Shown: positions 18,380 through 28,774, counted from the first letter of the stretch. The stretch is DNA of 64,000 bases from an uncultured Oscillospiraceae bacterium (GCA_964549135.1 CAZJUJ010000004.1:13453-77452), one strand, 5' to 3'. Notes: generated by a model from the sequence alone, not told the origin. Translations and numbers: made by a program.

Positions 18380-19126
18380 TCAGGCGCGGTGGGCCGCCAT
18401 GTATTCTTCTACGCGCTTAAGCTCGTCCATGGTATTGACGCCCCAATATTCCGGGGAATCAGGGGTAACCACGGCGTGCTGCTTCCAATGCATTTCGTGA
18501 ATCACCCTGGTGACGCCGGTGAGATAGAATTCCTGTTTGGGGTTATCGTTTTTAACCCTTTTCAGCGCCTCCCACATCACGTCGCCGCTCATGACCTGCA
18601 CGCCCACATTCACTTCGTCAATCAGCAATTGCTCCGCATTGCAGGCGCTCTGCTCCACGATATCAATCAATTCGCCCTTTTCATCCCGGATCAGCCGCCC
18701 AAAGGCAGGAATGGGATGAATCTTTGCGGCCAGCAGCGTGTTTTTCGCCTGATTGGCAATATGCTCCTCCACCATGGTCATATAGGTTTTCCGGGAGAGC
18801 AGCGGCATATCGCAGTAGAGGCAAAGCACGGGACCGGAAAAATCGCCCACAGCCTCCTCCGCGCAGAGCATGGCATGGGCCGTGCCGCGCTGCTCCTTCT
18901 GCCAGACATAATGATATTTTTCGCCCAGATAATCGCGGATTTTTTCCCCCATCACGCCGATAACGATGGTGATATCCTCCGGCGCCACAAAATCAATCCC
19001 GGAAAGCACATGATCAATCAGCGCCCTTCCGCCCACCTGCCGCAGGGCCTTGGGGATTTCGTCCCTTTCGCATTGCAGCCGGGATCCCTTCCCCGCCGCC
19101 AGAATGACCGCCTTGGTTCTTTCCAT
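18380..19126 (-). CDS. Sugar-phosphate nucleotidyltransferase (GlmU N-terminal-domain-like)
   Basis: AVILAAGKGSRL signature; 248 aa with no acetyltransferase domain. Confidence 0.75.
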   Translation of the reverse strand: MERTKAVILAAGKGSRLQCERDEIPKALRQVGGRALIDHVLSGIDFVAPEDITIVIGVMGEKIRDYLGEKYHYVWQKEQRGTAHAMLCAEEAVGDFSGPVLCLYCDMPLLSRKTYMTMVEEHIANQAKNTLLAAKIHPIPAFGRLIRDEKGELIDIVEQSACNAEQLLIDEVNVGVQVMSGDVMWEALKRVKNDNPKQEFYLTGVTRVIHEMHWKQHAVVTPDSPEYWGVNTMDELKRVEEYMAAHRA

Positions 19127-19172
19127 GATCCTGTCTCCTTGTTCTTTCGTTTGCTTCGGCCCGCGCCGCCGC

Positions 19173-19814
19173 TTATTTTTTCATGCTGTTGATTTTGTAC
19201 ATCAGCCGCCGCCAATCCATCCGCAATTGCAGCAGCGCCGATTTGCCAAAGAAGAGGAAAAAGGGCAGCAGCGAGAAAATCAGCCCGATCTTATAGGCCC
19301 AGGGCGATACCAGAAATTCATAGATCAGCAGCGCCGCCGAAAAGATGCCCAGCCATTTGGCCTTGATGGGCAGGAAGAAAAAGAGCATGAATTCCGTCTC
19401 CGGGAAAAGCACCGCAAAGGAAAGCAGCAGCGATGTATTCAGATAGCTGTTGGTGGCATAGCCGGTGAGAAAGCCCGCTATGATATTGCCCAGAATCCCA
19501 AAGGCATAATAGAGATTGAAGCGCTTGCTCCCCCATTGGCTTTCAAGACTGGAGCCGATGAAATAGGAAAAATACAGGCTGAAAATAATCCAGACGATGC
19601 TTTCCTGGGGCGGCAGGAAAATAAACGTGATCAGCCGCCAGATTTCGCCCCGCAGGATCCTATCCCGGCTAAAGGCCAATAGGGCCGAGGCGCTCTGGTT
19701 CAGGGGCAGATAATCCAGCATGAATACCCCCAGCATGGCCAGGCACAAATATTTCATCAGATCCGGAATATAATACCGCCCCATTTTCCGCTCAATTTTA
19801 TTGAGCCATTCCAT
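19173..19814 (-). CDS. Rhomboid-like polytopic membrane protein
   Basis: Start at MEWLNKIERK (AGGTGA-like RBS). GEIWRLITFIFLP motif. I did not find a clear GxSG catalytic motif. Confidence 0.55.
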   Translation of the reverse strand: MEWLNKIERKMGRYYIPDLMKYLCLAMLGVFMLDYLPLNQSASALLAFSRDRILRGEIWRLITFIFLPPQESIVWIIFSLYFSYFIGSSLESQWGSKRFNLYYAFGILGNIIAGFLTGYATNSYLNTSLLLSFAVLFPETEFMLFFFLPIKAKWLGIFSAALLIYEFLVSPWAYKIGLIFSLLPFFLFFGKSALLQLRMDWRRLMYKINSMKK

Positions 19815-19921
19815 CCCTATCACCTTCCTTGCTGCCTCTATTATATAAGAAAAATCCCCGATGCGCAAGCCTTATCCATTTTTCTTTCCATTAATGACAA
19901 AAATCTGCCGCAAAGGGAAAG

Positions 19922-19967
19922 AAAAAAAGCCGCCCTTCGCCGCAAAAAGGGAAGCAAAGGGCCGCTT
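19922..19967 (-). terminator. Possible intrinsic terminator after the lipoprotein gene
   Basis: GCCGCCCTT (19929-19937) pairs with AAGGGCCGC (19957-19965) with one mismatch. T7 follows on the minus strand (19922-19928). The loop is large. Confidence 0.35.
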
Positions 19968-19997
19968 ATCAGAAAAAAGCCAATCGAAAGCGCCTGC

Positions 19998-20540
19998 TCA
20001 GCGGGCGTTGGCAGCAGCCATTTCCAGGGCCTTCAGAAGAGAATTGACGCCGATGGTGCAGCTGGTTTTCAGATCCGCCTCATCCGGCGCGCCGCTGGCG
20101 GTCAGGGGAAGGGAAAGCACCTCGGCTACCGTCTTGCCGATGCAGTAATTTTCCAGCGCCTGCACCTGGCTGTACCATTCCCCGGCGGGGGCAAACGCGC
20201 CCATGCCGTAATTTTCCTTCAGCTCCATCTTGGATTTCCATTCGCTGCCCGCCTCGGCCATCACCGCGCCCTGAGCGGTCACGCCCAGATCCCCGGCGGT
20301 CATATCAAAGCGGATATTGGTGATTTTTCCCGCATCATCCAGCACCAGCGTGCATACGGTAATTTCCAGGCTGTATTTCCCATCGTAGAAATCGCCGTCC
20401 TCCTCATAGGCGCTTTCCGCCTTGGTAACGGCGGTATACACCGCCATGCCCATGCTTTCGGCAGAGGCAGCGGCAGAGGAGGCCAGGCAGCAGCCCACGG
20501 CCAGAGCAAATACCAGAGACAGAATCACCATTCTTTTCAT
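19998..20540 (-). CDS. Lipoprotein with FMN_bind-like domain
   Basis: Lipobox LAVGC. YSLEITVCTLVLDDAGKITNIRFD and a C-terminal DLKTSCTIGVNSLLKAL resemble the FMN_bind fold and its Dxx[ST]GA[TS] site. Confidence 0.55.
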   Translation of the reverse strand: MKRMVILSLVFALAVGCCLASSAAASAESMGMAVYTAVTKAESAYEEDGDFYDGKYSLEITVCTLVLDDAGKITNIRFDMTAGDLGVTAQGAVMAEAGSEWKSKMELKENYGMGAFAPAGEWYSQVQALENYCIGKTVAEVLSLPLTASGAPDEADLKTSCTIGVNSLLKALEMAAANAR

Positions 20541-20641
20541 TCCATTGATCCTCCGATCCTATAATCCCGGCCCTTATGAGAACCGGCCTGTTTCCATTAT
20601 ACCCACTCTTTGGGGGATGAAATGGCTGCGGAAAAAATTTT

Positions 20642-22729
20642 TTATCCGCCCACCCGAATAAATACATACACAATCGCCGCCACGATGCCAAGGGCGCAGA
20701 GCAGCAGACCAAAGGAAATCGCATTGGTCACATACGCGCCATAGCGCATATCCGTGGGCGCCTTGGCATGCAGCCGGCGCCGGGGCGAAAGGGTATACAG
20801 CGCCTTATGCAGCCCCTCCACGATGGCGCTTGCCAGATGGGTAAAGATGCTGTGCTTGCCCTCCCTGTGCAATTCCTGCCGGTTTATCAGGAAAAGCTCC
20901 CGAATAAACAGCATCACATGATCCATCGTTTCATCCATCAGCCGGAAAAAGCCCGTGATCAGGCCCGCCAGATACCGGGTAATCGCCCGGGATTCGGGCA
21001 GCGCATCCAGAAAACCGGCGATTTTGCAGCCCACAAAGGGCAAAAAGCGGCAGAACACCGGGCGATAGACGATCTCCTCCAGATCCAGCCGCCGGGGCCA
21101 GAGATTGATATAGCCCTTCTCCCTGCGGTACAGCACGGTGCGCACAAAAAGGAAATACACCGACGTGCCGATGGCAAGGCTGATCAGCCCGCCGGAAAGA
21201 TTGGCCCAGGAGAGGAAATGGATGCTGCCCTGGGCCTGCTGATGCAGAAAAGGTGCGCTTATATTGGTCAGGCCAAGCAGCACCTGATTGGGGAAAAGGC
21301 CGATAGCCAATAGCGGCAGCACCGATAGCATCAGCGCCAGGGCAGAGCGCCCCTCCAGCCCCTCATGCCGCATCCCGTCATATTGCTTCTGGATTTCCGC
21401 ATCGGGATTCTTCTGCCAGAAAAGACAGAGATAGATTTTCAGCATGTAGGCGGCGGTCAGCCCGGCGGCAAAGAGGAAAACCCATTCCGCCGCATGATAG
21501 GAAAACACGCCGGGGTATTCGTGGGTCAATTCCACCAGCGCCTCATGGATCATGGTCTTGCTGGCATAGCCGTTCAGAAACGGCACGCCGCTTAAGCCCA
21601 TACCGCCCAGCAGAAACACCGCATGCAGCAGGGGCTTTTTCCGCCCATAGCCCATCAGGCGCGTAAGATCCAGGCTGTGCGCGCCCATATACACCGCCCC
21701 TGCGCCCAGGAACAGCGCCAGCTTCAGCAGGGAATGATTGATCATATGCCCCACCGTGCCCGCGGCAGCCATGGCCCCGTTTTCCCCCAGCAGCACCACG
21801 CAGGCAAAGCCCACCGTGATATACCCGATCTGGGAAAGGGAGGAGCAGGCCAGGATGCGCTTGAGATTGATTGAAAAGACCGCCAGCACCGCCCCCAGCA
21901 GCATCGTTATCAGCCCCAGCGCCAGCATCACCTGGCCAAAGACGCGGCTTTGCCCCATCAGATTCAGGCCGATGGCGATCAGGCCAAAGAGACCGGTCTT
22001 GGTCAGCATGCCGGAAAGCAGCGCGCTGGCCGGGGCCGGGGCCACGGGATGGGCCTTGGGCAGCCAGATATGCAGGGGCGCAAGGCCGGCCTTGGCGCAG
22101 AAGCCCACCAGCATCAGGCAGGCGGGAAGAAGCATATCCTCCCGGCCCAGGGCGCTTCTGAGCCCTGCGTAGGAAAGATCGCCCAGCCGGTGATAGCAGA
22201 GCATCATGCCCATGAGCGTCACCATGCCGCAGGCAATGGATACCCCCAGATAGGTGGCCGCCGCCCGCCGGGCCTCCCGACTTTCCTCATGGGCCACCCA
22301 GGGATAGGAGGCAATGGACATGATTTCGAAAAAGATAAAGGCGGTATACAGATCATCGGAAAGGAATACGCCCACAACCCCGGTCAGGGTGAGCAGCGTA
22401 AAAAAGACATAGCGCCCGCGATTTTCCCCATGGGAAAAATACTGCCGGGAAAACAGCGCGGCAATGAACCACATAAACGCCGCCAGCAGCGCATACAGCG
22501 CCCGGAAGCCATCCGCCCGGAAGGAAAGCCCCATGCCGCCAAGGCCCGCCCATTGGGCCGTCATTTCCCGTCCGGCCGCCGCCTGGGTAAAAATCACCAG
22601 CGCAAGGAGAAACTCGGCCAGCGTAAACAGCCGCAGCAGAAGATCACGGCTTTCGCCCTTTTTCCGCCCGGCCAGCGGGGCGATGACCGCCCCTGCCAAA
22701 GGCAGGCATAATACGATTGCAAACATCAT
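20642..22729 (-). CDS. NuoL/MrpA-like antiporter subunit with ~230-aa C-terminal extension
   Basis: Proton_antipo_M-type core (HIWLPKAHPVAPAPASALLSGMLTKTG). ATG 22729 overlaps the upstream stop (ATGA). Long C-terminal helical tail ending in a TM helix. Confidence 0.8.
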   Translation of the reverse strand: MMFAIVLCLPLAGAVIAPLAGRKKGESRDLLLRLFTLAEFLLALVIFTQAAAGREMTAQWAGLGGMGLSFRADGFRALYALLAAFMWFIAALFSRQYFSHGENRGRYVFFTLLTLTGVVGVFLSDDLYTAFIFFEIMSIASYPWVAHEESREARRAAATYLGVSIACGMVTLMGMMLCYHRLGDLSYAGLRSALGREDMLLPACLMLVGFCAKAGLAPLHIWLPKAHPVAPAPASALLSGMLTKTGLFGLIAIGLNLMGQSRVFGQVMLALGLITMLLGAVLAVFSINLKRILACSSLSQIGYITVGFACVVLLGENGAMAAAGTVGHMINHSLLKLALFLGAGAVYMGAHSLDLTRLMGYGRKKPLLHAVFLLGGMGLSGVPFLNGYASKTMIHEALVELTHEYPGVFSYHAAEWVFLFAAGLTAAYMLKIYLCLFWQKNPDAEIQKQYDGMRHEGLEGRSALALMLSVLPLLAIGLFPNQVLLGLTNISAPFLHQQAQGSIHFLSWANLSGGLISLAIGTSVYFLFVRTVLYRREKGYINLWPRRLDLEEIVYRPVFCRFLPFVGCKIAGFLDALPESRAITRYLAGLITGFFRLMDETMDHVMLFIRELFLINRQELHREGKHSIFTHLASAIVEGLHKALYTLSPRRRLHAKAPTDMRYGAYVTNAISFGLLLCALGIVAAIVYVFIRVGG

Positions 22730-24180
22730 TTTCCCAATCCTCCCGCAATCGCCTGAATATACTCCATCAGATTCCCGGCAAAGATCCCGGCAAGCACCAT
22801 CATCACGCACAGAATCACCAGCGCGCTCTTCATGCAGGCCCCGGGATCACAGGGCGCTTTCTCCCCCGGCGCAAGGCTCGGCTTCATAAAGAAGGCAGGA
22901 AAGGCCACCGTGAATACATAGATCGCCGTCAGCACGGAGGAAACCAGCAACGCCGCAGCCCCCGCAATGGGCAGCGCGCCCCCCAGATCAAAGGCGGCGG
23001 TGATCAGATAATTCTTGCTGATAAAGCCAGGCAGCGGCGGCACGCCCACCAGGGCCGCGCCCGCAAGCAGGAAAGCGCCGAAGGTCAGGGGCATTTTGCG
23101 GCCCAGGCCGTGCATTTCCCTTACCCGGGTGCGCCCGCTCTGAACCAGCACCGCCCCGGCGCAGAAGAAGAGAATGATCTTCATCAGCCCGTGGAATACC
23201 ATGTGCGCAAGGCCCGCCGCCATGCCCTCCCTGCTCAGCAGGGAAAGGCCAAAGAGCATATAGCTCAGATTGCTTACCGTAGACCAGGCCAGCCGCTTTT
23301 TCACATGCTGCTCCCGCACCGCCATGACCGAGCCCGCCAGCACGGTCATGATGCTCAGCAGCAGCATCGTCTGCTGGGCCCAGCTTCCCGCCAACAGCCC
23401 GGGATCAATCACATAATACAGGATGCGCAGCACCGCAAATACCCCGGCATTGACCACCGCCACCGCATGCAGTAGTGCCGTTACCGGCGTTGGCGCGACG
23501 GAGGCTGCAGGCAGCCACCGGGAAAGCGGCAGCACCGCCGCCTTGGCCCCAAAGCCGATAAAGCCCAGCAGGGCAATGAAATACAGCCAGTCCTTCCCCG
23601 TTTCTGCAATCTCCACGCCGCCCAGGGCAAATTGCCCCGCGCCCAGGGCATCAAAGCCCATCATGGCCACAAAGCCCAGGGCCGCGCCGCCAAAGAGGGA
23701 AAGCATATACCGCCGCACGGCGCGGATGGAGGGCTTATCCTTTTCATGCCAGACCAGCGGCAGCGTCAGCAGCGTCAGCAGCTCATAGAAAATATAGAAG
23801 GTGAATAGATTTTCCGCAGCCGCCAGCAGCACCGCCGCGCCATAGGTCATGGTATACCAGGCAAAGAAATTGCCCTCCCGCCGCTCATGGCGCATATATT
23901 CCATGGCATACAGCACCGCAAGGGGCCAAAGCACCGCCGCCAGGCCCAGATAGATCCGCCCGGCATCATCCAGATGCAGCGCGCAGACCATGCTGTCCGT
24001 AAGCCGCAATAGCTCGATTCTCCCCTCCCAGCCTGAAAGCACCAGATACAGCGCCAGAAGAGAGGTGGCAAGCGTGGCAGAAAAGACATACCCCATCCGG
24101 ATTTTTCTGTTTTTCAGCCGCAGAAAGGGCAGTGCCCCGCCCAGCGCCAGCGGCAGAAACGCACAAATGATCAGCAGCAT
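22726..24180 (-). CDS. MrpD/NuoN-like antiporter subunit (paralog 3)
   Basis: WLPAASVAPTPVTALLHAVAVVNAG core motif; about 14 TM helices. Confidence 0.85.
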   Translation of the reverse strand: MLLIICAFLPLALGGALPFLRLKNRKIRMGYVFSATLATSLLALYLVLSGWEGRIELLRLTDSMVCALHLDDAGRIYLGLAAVLWPLAVLYAMEYMRHERREGNFFAWYTMTYGAAVLLAAAENLFTFYIFYELLTLLTLPLVWHEKDKPSIRAVRRYMLSLFGGAALGFVAMMGFDALGAGQFALGGVEIAETGKDWLYFIALLGFIGFGAKAAVLPLSRWLPAASVAPTPVTALLHAVAVVNAGVFAVLRILYYVIDPGLLAGSWAQQTMLLLSIMTVLAGSVMAVREQHVKKRLAWSTVSNLSYMLFGLSLLSREGMAAGLAHMVFHGLMKIILFFCAGAVLVQSGRTRVREMHGLGRKMPLTFGAFLLAGAALVGVPPLPGFISKNYLITAAFDLGGALPIAGAAALLVSSVLTAIYVFTVAFPAFFMKPSLAPGEKAPCDPGACMKSALVILCVMMVLAGIFAGNLMEYIQAIAGGLGK

Positions 24181-24191
24181 CGGCCATCACC

Positions 24192-25658
24192 TCACATCAG
24201 GCCCGCCGCCAGGCCGCGAAGGAAATCAATCAGCCCGCCGGAAAACAGCCCCAGCCCCACAATCAGCACCGAATAGACCACCATGGGGGCCGTCATTTTC
24301 CAGGATACCTCGCAGCGGGGCAGCCCCTCTTTTCCGCCAAAGCAGCCCCTGATCACCACGGTGAGCAGATACGCCGCCGTCAGGATGGCGCTGATGAGCA
24401 GCGCCGCCGGGCCAATCCAGCTGCCCGCCAGGCCGGTATCCAGTGCGCCGGCGGCCAGATTCCATTTGCTCACAAAGCCGCCGGTGGGCGGAATGCCGAT
24501 CAGGCCCAGAGAGGCCACGGCAAAGCAGGCAAAGGTCACGGGCATCTGCTTGCCCAGGCCCTCATAATCCCCCACCTCGGTTTTGCCCGTCTGATGGATC
24601 ATGCTGCCCGCGCCCATGAACAGGGTGTTTTTCATCAGCGAATGGAAAATGATATGCAGCACCGCGCCCACAAAGCCGGCCTCCGTCATGGTAAAGAGGC
24701 CAAAGAGAACATACGAAACCTGGGAAACGGAGGAATAGGCCAGCCGCTTCTTGATCTTTTTTTCCTTGAACGCCATCAGCGAGCCCATCAGCACCGTGAT
24801 CAAGGAAAGGCCCAGCAGCAGCGTCTGCACCCAGGTGCCCCGCAGCCTTTCCGCGCCCGCCACAAAGTAAATCACCCGGATCATGCCCAGCACGCCCATC
24901 TTGGTAATCACGCCCGAAAGCACGGCGCTGGCCGGGGCCGGGGCCACGGGATGGGCCGTGGGCAGCCAGCCGTGGAGGGGAAACATGCCCGCCTTGACGG
25001 AAAAGCCGATGAGCATGACAAGGAAAATCGCCATGGCCAGGCCTTCCTTCCCCGCCAGCATTTCCGCCGTCAGGGGCCCGGCGGCAAAATCTCCCCCCGC
25101 CCCCAGAGAGCTGACAAAGAAAATGCCAATCAGGGCGGCAGAGGCGCCCAGCACGGAATAGATCAGATATTTGATGGCCGCCGCCACGGCAGGCCGATCC
25201 ATATCATGCAATACCAGCGGCACGGTCAGCAGCGTCATGGCCTCATAGAACATATAGAAGGTGACAAGATTGCCGCTGACGGCAAGGGCGTTCAGCACGC
25301 CCTGAGTCAGGGTATAGAATAGATAGAAGCGCGCCTTATGCGCATCCCCGCCCAGGTATTCCGCCGCATACAGCCCCACCCCGGGCCAGATCACGCTGAT
25401 CAGCGCAAGATACACCCTGGATACCTGATCCAGCCGCAATTGCAGGGAAAGGGTATCCGTCCAGCGAATCATCATTTCCCCCGGATTGCCAAAGAACGCA
25501 AGGCAGAGGGAGAGAAGCGCCGTAACCGACAGCGCCGCCATCGTGGCCCTGTCAAGCGTCTTTCCCTTCAGCCGAAGAAAATAAATGCCCAGCCCCGCCG
25601 CCACAGGCAAAAGCAGCGAAAGCAGCAGAAGAATATTTGCCAGATTTGTCATATTCAT
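24192..25658 (-). CDS. MrpD/NuoM-like antiporter subunit (paralog 2)
   Basis: HGWLPTAHPVAPAPASAVLSGVITKMG core motif. Confidence 0.85.
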   Translation of the reverse strand: MNMTNLANILLLLSLLLPVAAGLGIYFLRLKGKTLDRATMAALSVTALLSLCLAFFGNPGEMMIRWTDTLSLQLRLDQVSRVYLALISVIWPGVGLYAAEYLGGDAHKARFYLFYTLTQGVLNALAVSGNLVTFYMFYEAMTLLTVPLVLHDMDRPAVAAAIKYLIYSVLGASAALIGIFFVSSLGAGGDFAAGPLTAEMLAGKEGLAMAIFLVMLIGFSVKAGMFPLHGWLPTAHPVAPAPASAVLSGVITKMGVLGMIRVIYFVAGAERLRGTWVQTLLLGLSLITVLMGSLMAFKEKKIKKRLAYSSVSQVSYVLFGLFTMTEAGFVGAVLHIIFHSLMKNTLFMGAGSMIHQTGKTEVGDYEGLGKQMPVTFACFAVASLGLIGIPPTGGFVSKWNLAAGALDTGLAGSWIGPAALLISAILTAAYLLTVVIRGCFGGKEGLPRCEVSWKMTAPMVVYSVLIVGLGLFSGGLIDFLRGLAAGLM

Positions 25659-25688
25659 CGTCCCCTTTGCATCATGGGCGTGCGCCCG

Positions 25689-27191
25689 TCAGTTGAAAAT
25701 GGCGATACCCTGCCGAATCAGCTCCATCACCTGGCCGCCAAAGACACCCAGGAAAACATTGATCACAATCAGCGCGCCCATAGCCAAACGGAAGGGCATA
25801 TCCTTGGCCAGCGGGCTTTTTTCCAGCGGAAAGCGCTCGCCGGGGCGATAGAGGGTCATGGTGGTGCGCAGCATGTAGGCCACGTTCAGCACCGTGCTGG
25901 TCGCCAGCGTCAGCAGCAGCACCGCCATCTTCCAGTTCTGCATCTCCATGCCCGCCTGGGCCAGGAAAATCTTGGAGGCAAAGCCCCCCAGGAAGGGAAT
26001 GCCCACCAGCGAGCATGCGCCGATGCCAAAGGCCACCCCGGCCAGCGGCGCGCGCAGGCCCGAGCCGCGGATATCCCGGAAGGCCGCGCTGCCCCCCGAT
26101 ACCTCCCTGAGCTTGCTGGAGGAAAGGAAGAGCATGGATTTGGCCGCCGAATGGGCCAGAATATGGAAGAGCGCCGCCGCCATGCCCGCTTCGCTGCCCA
26201 GAGAGATGCCCAGGAAAATATAGCCGATCTGGGAAACGGAGGAATAGGCCACCATGCGGCTGAGATTATGCTCCCGAATGGCATCCACCGAGCCCAGAAT
26301 GATGCCCACAATGGAAAAGACAAACAATACATCGCCCACGCCGTCCCGGGCAAATACCTCCGCCCCGGCAGCCCGGAAGAAAATCTTGATCAGCAGGAAA
26401 ATATACATTTTCGAGATCAAAGAGGAAAGCAGCGCGCTGGAGGTGGGGGTGGCGCTGGAATATGCGTTGGGCAGCCAGGTATGGAAGGGATAGAGCGCGC
26501 CCTTCACCGCAATGCCCAGCGTCATCAGCACGCAGCACAGCGCCAGCGGAATCTGATAGGTATCTGCCGCCAGCATGCTTTGGATGGATGCCTCCAATTG
26601 GGGAAAGAGCAGATGCCCGGTCAGGCAGTAGAGAATGGAAAGCCCCAGCAGGAAAAGGCCGCTGCCCAGCAGATTCATGATCATATACCGGGTGGCCGCA
26701 AAGAGCGTGCGCCCCTTATTGCTGGAGCAGATCAGCGCGCAGGCGGCAATGGTGGTAATTTCAATGAAAACGTAGGCGGTAAACAAATCGTTGGTAAAGG
26801 TAATGGCCAGCATGGCGGTGGTCAGCAGGCAAACCATGGAGCCATAAAGATTCATCCGCTGGGGAGCCACATCCTTTGTCAGCTTCTTCCAGCCGCCCAG
26901 GATGGAAAAAAGAATCACCAGCGCAAAGCCCAGGCCCATCAGCGCCTCGATGATCCCTACCCTCAGCTCATTTCCGTAGGGCGCGCCGATTTCACCCATG
27001 GGGTAAATATAGCTTTCCCCCTGCTGAATCACCAGATAGAGCAGCGCCGAAAGCGCCAGCACCACCAGGCAGGAAAGGCCGGTCATAACGGCCCGGGCCG
27101 CCCGGGGCCTGAGAACAGAGCAGATCGCCGCCAGCATCAGGGGCAGCACGATCAGAAACAGGGGAATATTCTGCCAAAGCTGCATCTTCAT
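25689..27191 (-). CDS. MrpD/NuoN-like antiporter subunit (paralog 1)
   Basis: HTWLPNAYSSATPTSSALLSSLISKM core motif. Has a 4-nt overlap with the upstream mrpC-like gene. Confidence 0.85.
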   Translation of the reverse strand: MKMQLWQNIPLFLIVLPLMLAAICSVLRPRAARAVMTGLSCLVVLALSALLYLVIQQGESYIYPMGEIGAPYGNELRVGIIEALMGLGFALVILFSILGGWKKLTKDVAPQRMNLYGSMVCLLTTAMLAITFTNDLFTAYVFIEITTIAACALICSSNKGRTLFAATRYMIMNLLGSGLFLLGLSILYCLTGHLLFPQLEASIQSMLAADTYQIPLALCCVLMTLGIAVKGALYPFHTWLPNAYSSATPTSSALLSSLISKMYIFLLIKIFFRAAGAEVFARDGVGDVLFVFSIVGIILGSVDAIREHNLSRMVAYSSVSQIGYIFLGISLGSEAGMAAALFHILAHSAAKSMLFLSSSKLREVSGGSAAFRDIRGSGLRAPLAGVAFGIGACSLVGIPFLGGFASKIFLAQAGMEMQNWKMAVLLLTLATSTVLNVAYMLRTTMTLYRPGERFPLEKSPLAKDMPFRLAMGALIVINVFLGVFGGQVMELIRQGIAIFN

Positions 27192-27562
27192 TTCCCCTCT
27201 TTCCTTACTAATTCTGCAATCTGGTCAATATCCAGGGTGTGATAGCGCCGGTAGAGGCGCACCGTCAGCCCCAGCATGATGGCCGTTACGCTGACGGATA
27301 CCACAATGCCCGTCAGCACCAGCCCGGCCGGCAGCGGATTGACATACAGGCTGGGATCGGTGCTGCCATTCACATAGATGGGCGCCAGGCGGGATTCAAT
27401 ATAGCCATAGGAAGCCAGAAACAGATAAATGCCGCTGTCCATCATGGAAAAGCCGATGATCTTTTTGATCAGATGCTTATTGAGCAGAAGCTGGGTAAAG
27501 CCGATACCAAAGAGAATCAGTGCCACCACCTCATCCAGATGCTCATAAACCAGGCGCAGCAT
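27188..27562 (-). CDS. mnhC: MrpC/NuoK-like subunit
   Basis: 124 aa, three TM helices, NuoK-like pattern (GFSMMDSGIYLFL). Confidence 0.8.
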   Translation of the reverse strand: MLRLVYEHLDEVVALILFGIGFTQLLLNKHLIKKIIGFSMMDSGIYLFLASYGYIESRLAPIYVNGSTDPSLYVNPLPAGLVLTGIVVSVSVTAIMLGLTVRLYRRYHTLDIDQIAELVRKEGK

Positions 27563-28551
27563 CAGAAATCACCTCTTCTGAACATGGTATAAAGCGCATA
27601 CATCGTGCAGGCCACCACGCAGCCCACCACGAAATTCAGCGGGAGCAGAAGCCCGGCGGAAAAGATATTGCCCACCGTGCCGGGAGAAATGCCGTTTTCC
27701 AGATGATTGGCTCCCGTGAAGAAATGATAGCATTTCGCCGTGGAATAAAAGAGCAGCGATACCACCGATACGATCCTGAAGGTGCGGTAGGTAAAAAATC
27801 GCTCAACCTTATGATAGCCAAAGGCATTCTGATACAGGATCAGCCCGCCCCCCAGCACCGCGCCGCCGGAAAAGCCGCCACCCGGGGAAAGATGGCCGTT
27901 GGCAATGATGTAGAGGCCGAATATCAGCGTCAGCGGGCAGAGGATCCGGGTGCAGGACTGGAGAATCTCATCATGCCGCGGCTCAAAATGCCGGTCATAG
28001 GCATCCCGCTGCAATTGCCGGTCGCGATCCTTTTCGCCCTTGATGCTCAGCAGCATCAGCACCGTGCATACCGCAATAAACAGCACATGGGATTCGCCCA
28101 GGGTATCAAAGCCGCGGTAATCCAGGATAATGCCGGTAATAATATTGACCGCCCCGGTATCCTCCATGGTATGCTCCACATAAAATTCGGAAAGCTCGCT
28201 TTCCACCAGATGCTCCGCCCCGCCGAATTCGGGCATCTGCAGCGCCGCATACAAAAGCACGCCGATGAGCAGTGCGCAGACGATCACCGCCGCCGCCCGA
28301 TAGCATTTTTCATAGACGGGATGCCTTTCCGTGCGCAGCGGGGCCGCAAGCCGGGGATCCTCCCTTTCCTCCCTCTCCGGCGAATCCTCCTCCTTCATTT
28401 CCGGGGATTCGGTTTCGCTCAGGGCATCCTCCATTTCCGCTTCCAGGGCCGGATCGCCATGCTCCAGCCAGTTTATCAGATGCTGTTTCCGTTCACTTTG
28501 CCTGTTCGTCTTCTTCTTCATCTTCCTGATCCCCTGCTTCCTTGATTGCAT
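27562..28551 (-). CDS. mnhB: MrpB (MnhB-domain) subunit with acidic N-terminal extension
   Basis: NIITGIILDYRGFDTLGESHVLF MnhB signature. The start is uncertain: 28551, 28521, 28434 or 28398. The first two overlap the upstream gene. Confidence 0.75.
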   Translation of the reverse strand: MQSRKQGIRKMKKKTNRQSERKQHLINWLEHGDPALEAEMEDALSETESPEMKEEDSPEREEREDPRLAAPLRTERHPVYEKCYRAAAVIVCALLIGVLLYAALQMPEFGGAEHLVESELSEFYVEHTMEDTGAVNIITGIILDYRGFDTLGESHVLFIAVCTVLMLLSIKGEKDRDRQLQRDAYDRHFEPRHDEILQSCTRILCPLTLIFGLYIIANGHLSPGGGFSGGAVLGGGLILYQNAFGYHKVERFFTYRTFRIVSVVSLLFYSTAKCYHFFTGANHLENGISPGTVGNIFSAGLLLPLNFVVGCVVACTMYALYTMFRRGDF

Positions 28552-28774
28552 GGATTTTTTTCAGCGCCACAAACATCAGCAGCGAATTGATGCCCGCGCC
28601 CACGGCGGCCTCGGTAATGGCCAGATCGGGGGAGCGGAGCAGAATCCATACGATGGACATGGCCAGCCCCTGGGACATGAAAATGATCACCGAGGCAAGC
28701 AGGCTTTTTGTCATGCTCACCGCCACCGCACACACCAGAATAAATACCAGCAGAATCACATTCAGCGCTTCCAT
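28493..28774 (-). CDS. MbhD/DUF4040-like small membrane subunit (equivalent to the MrpA C-terminal segment)
   Basis: 93 aa, three TM helices, DLAITEAAVGAG motif, acidic tail. Confidence 0.7.
   Translation of the reverse strand: MEALNVILLVFILVCAVAVSMTKSLLASVIIFMSQGLAMSIVWILLRSPDLAITEAAVGAGINSLLMFVALKKIHAIKEAGDQEDEEEDEQAK

Noticed and set aside
22730-22810. 27-aa N-terminal extension of the NuoL-like ORF (MRDDGACRDLCRESDG...).
   Set aside because: It overlaps the upstream MrpD-like gene. The ATG at 22729 forms an ATGA stop-start overlap and begins the hydrophobic first TM helix.
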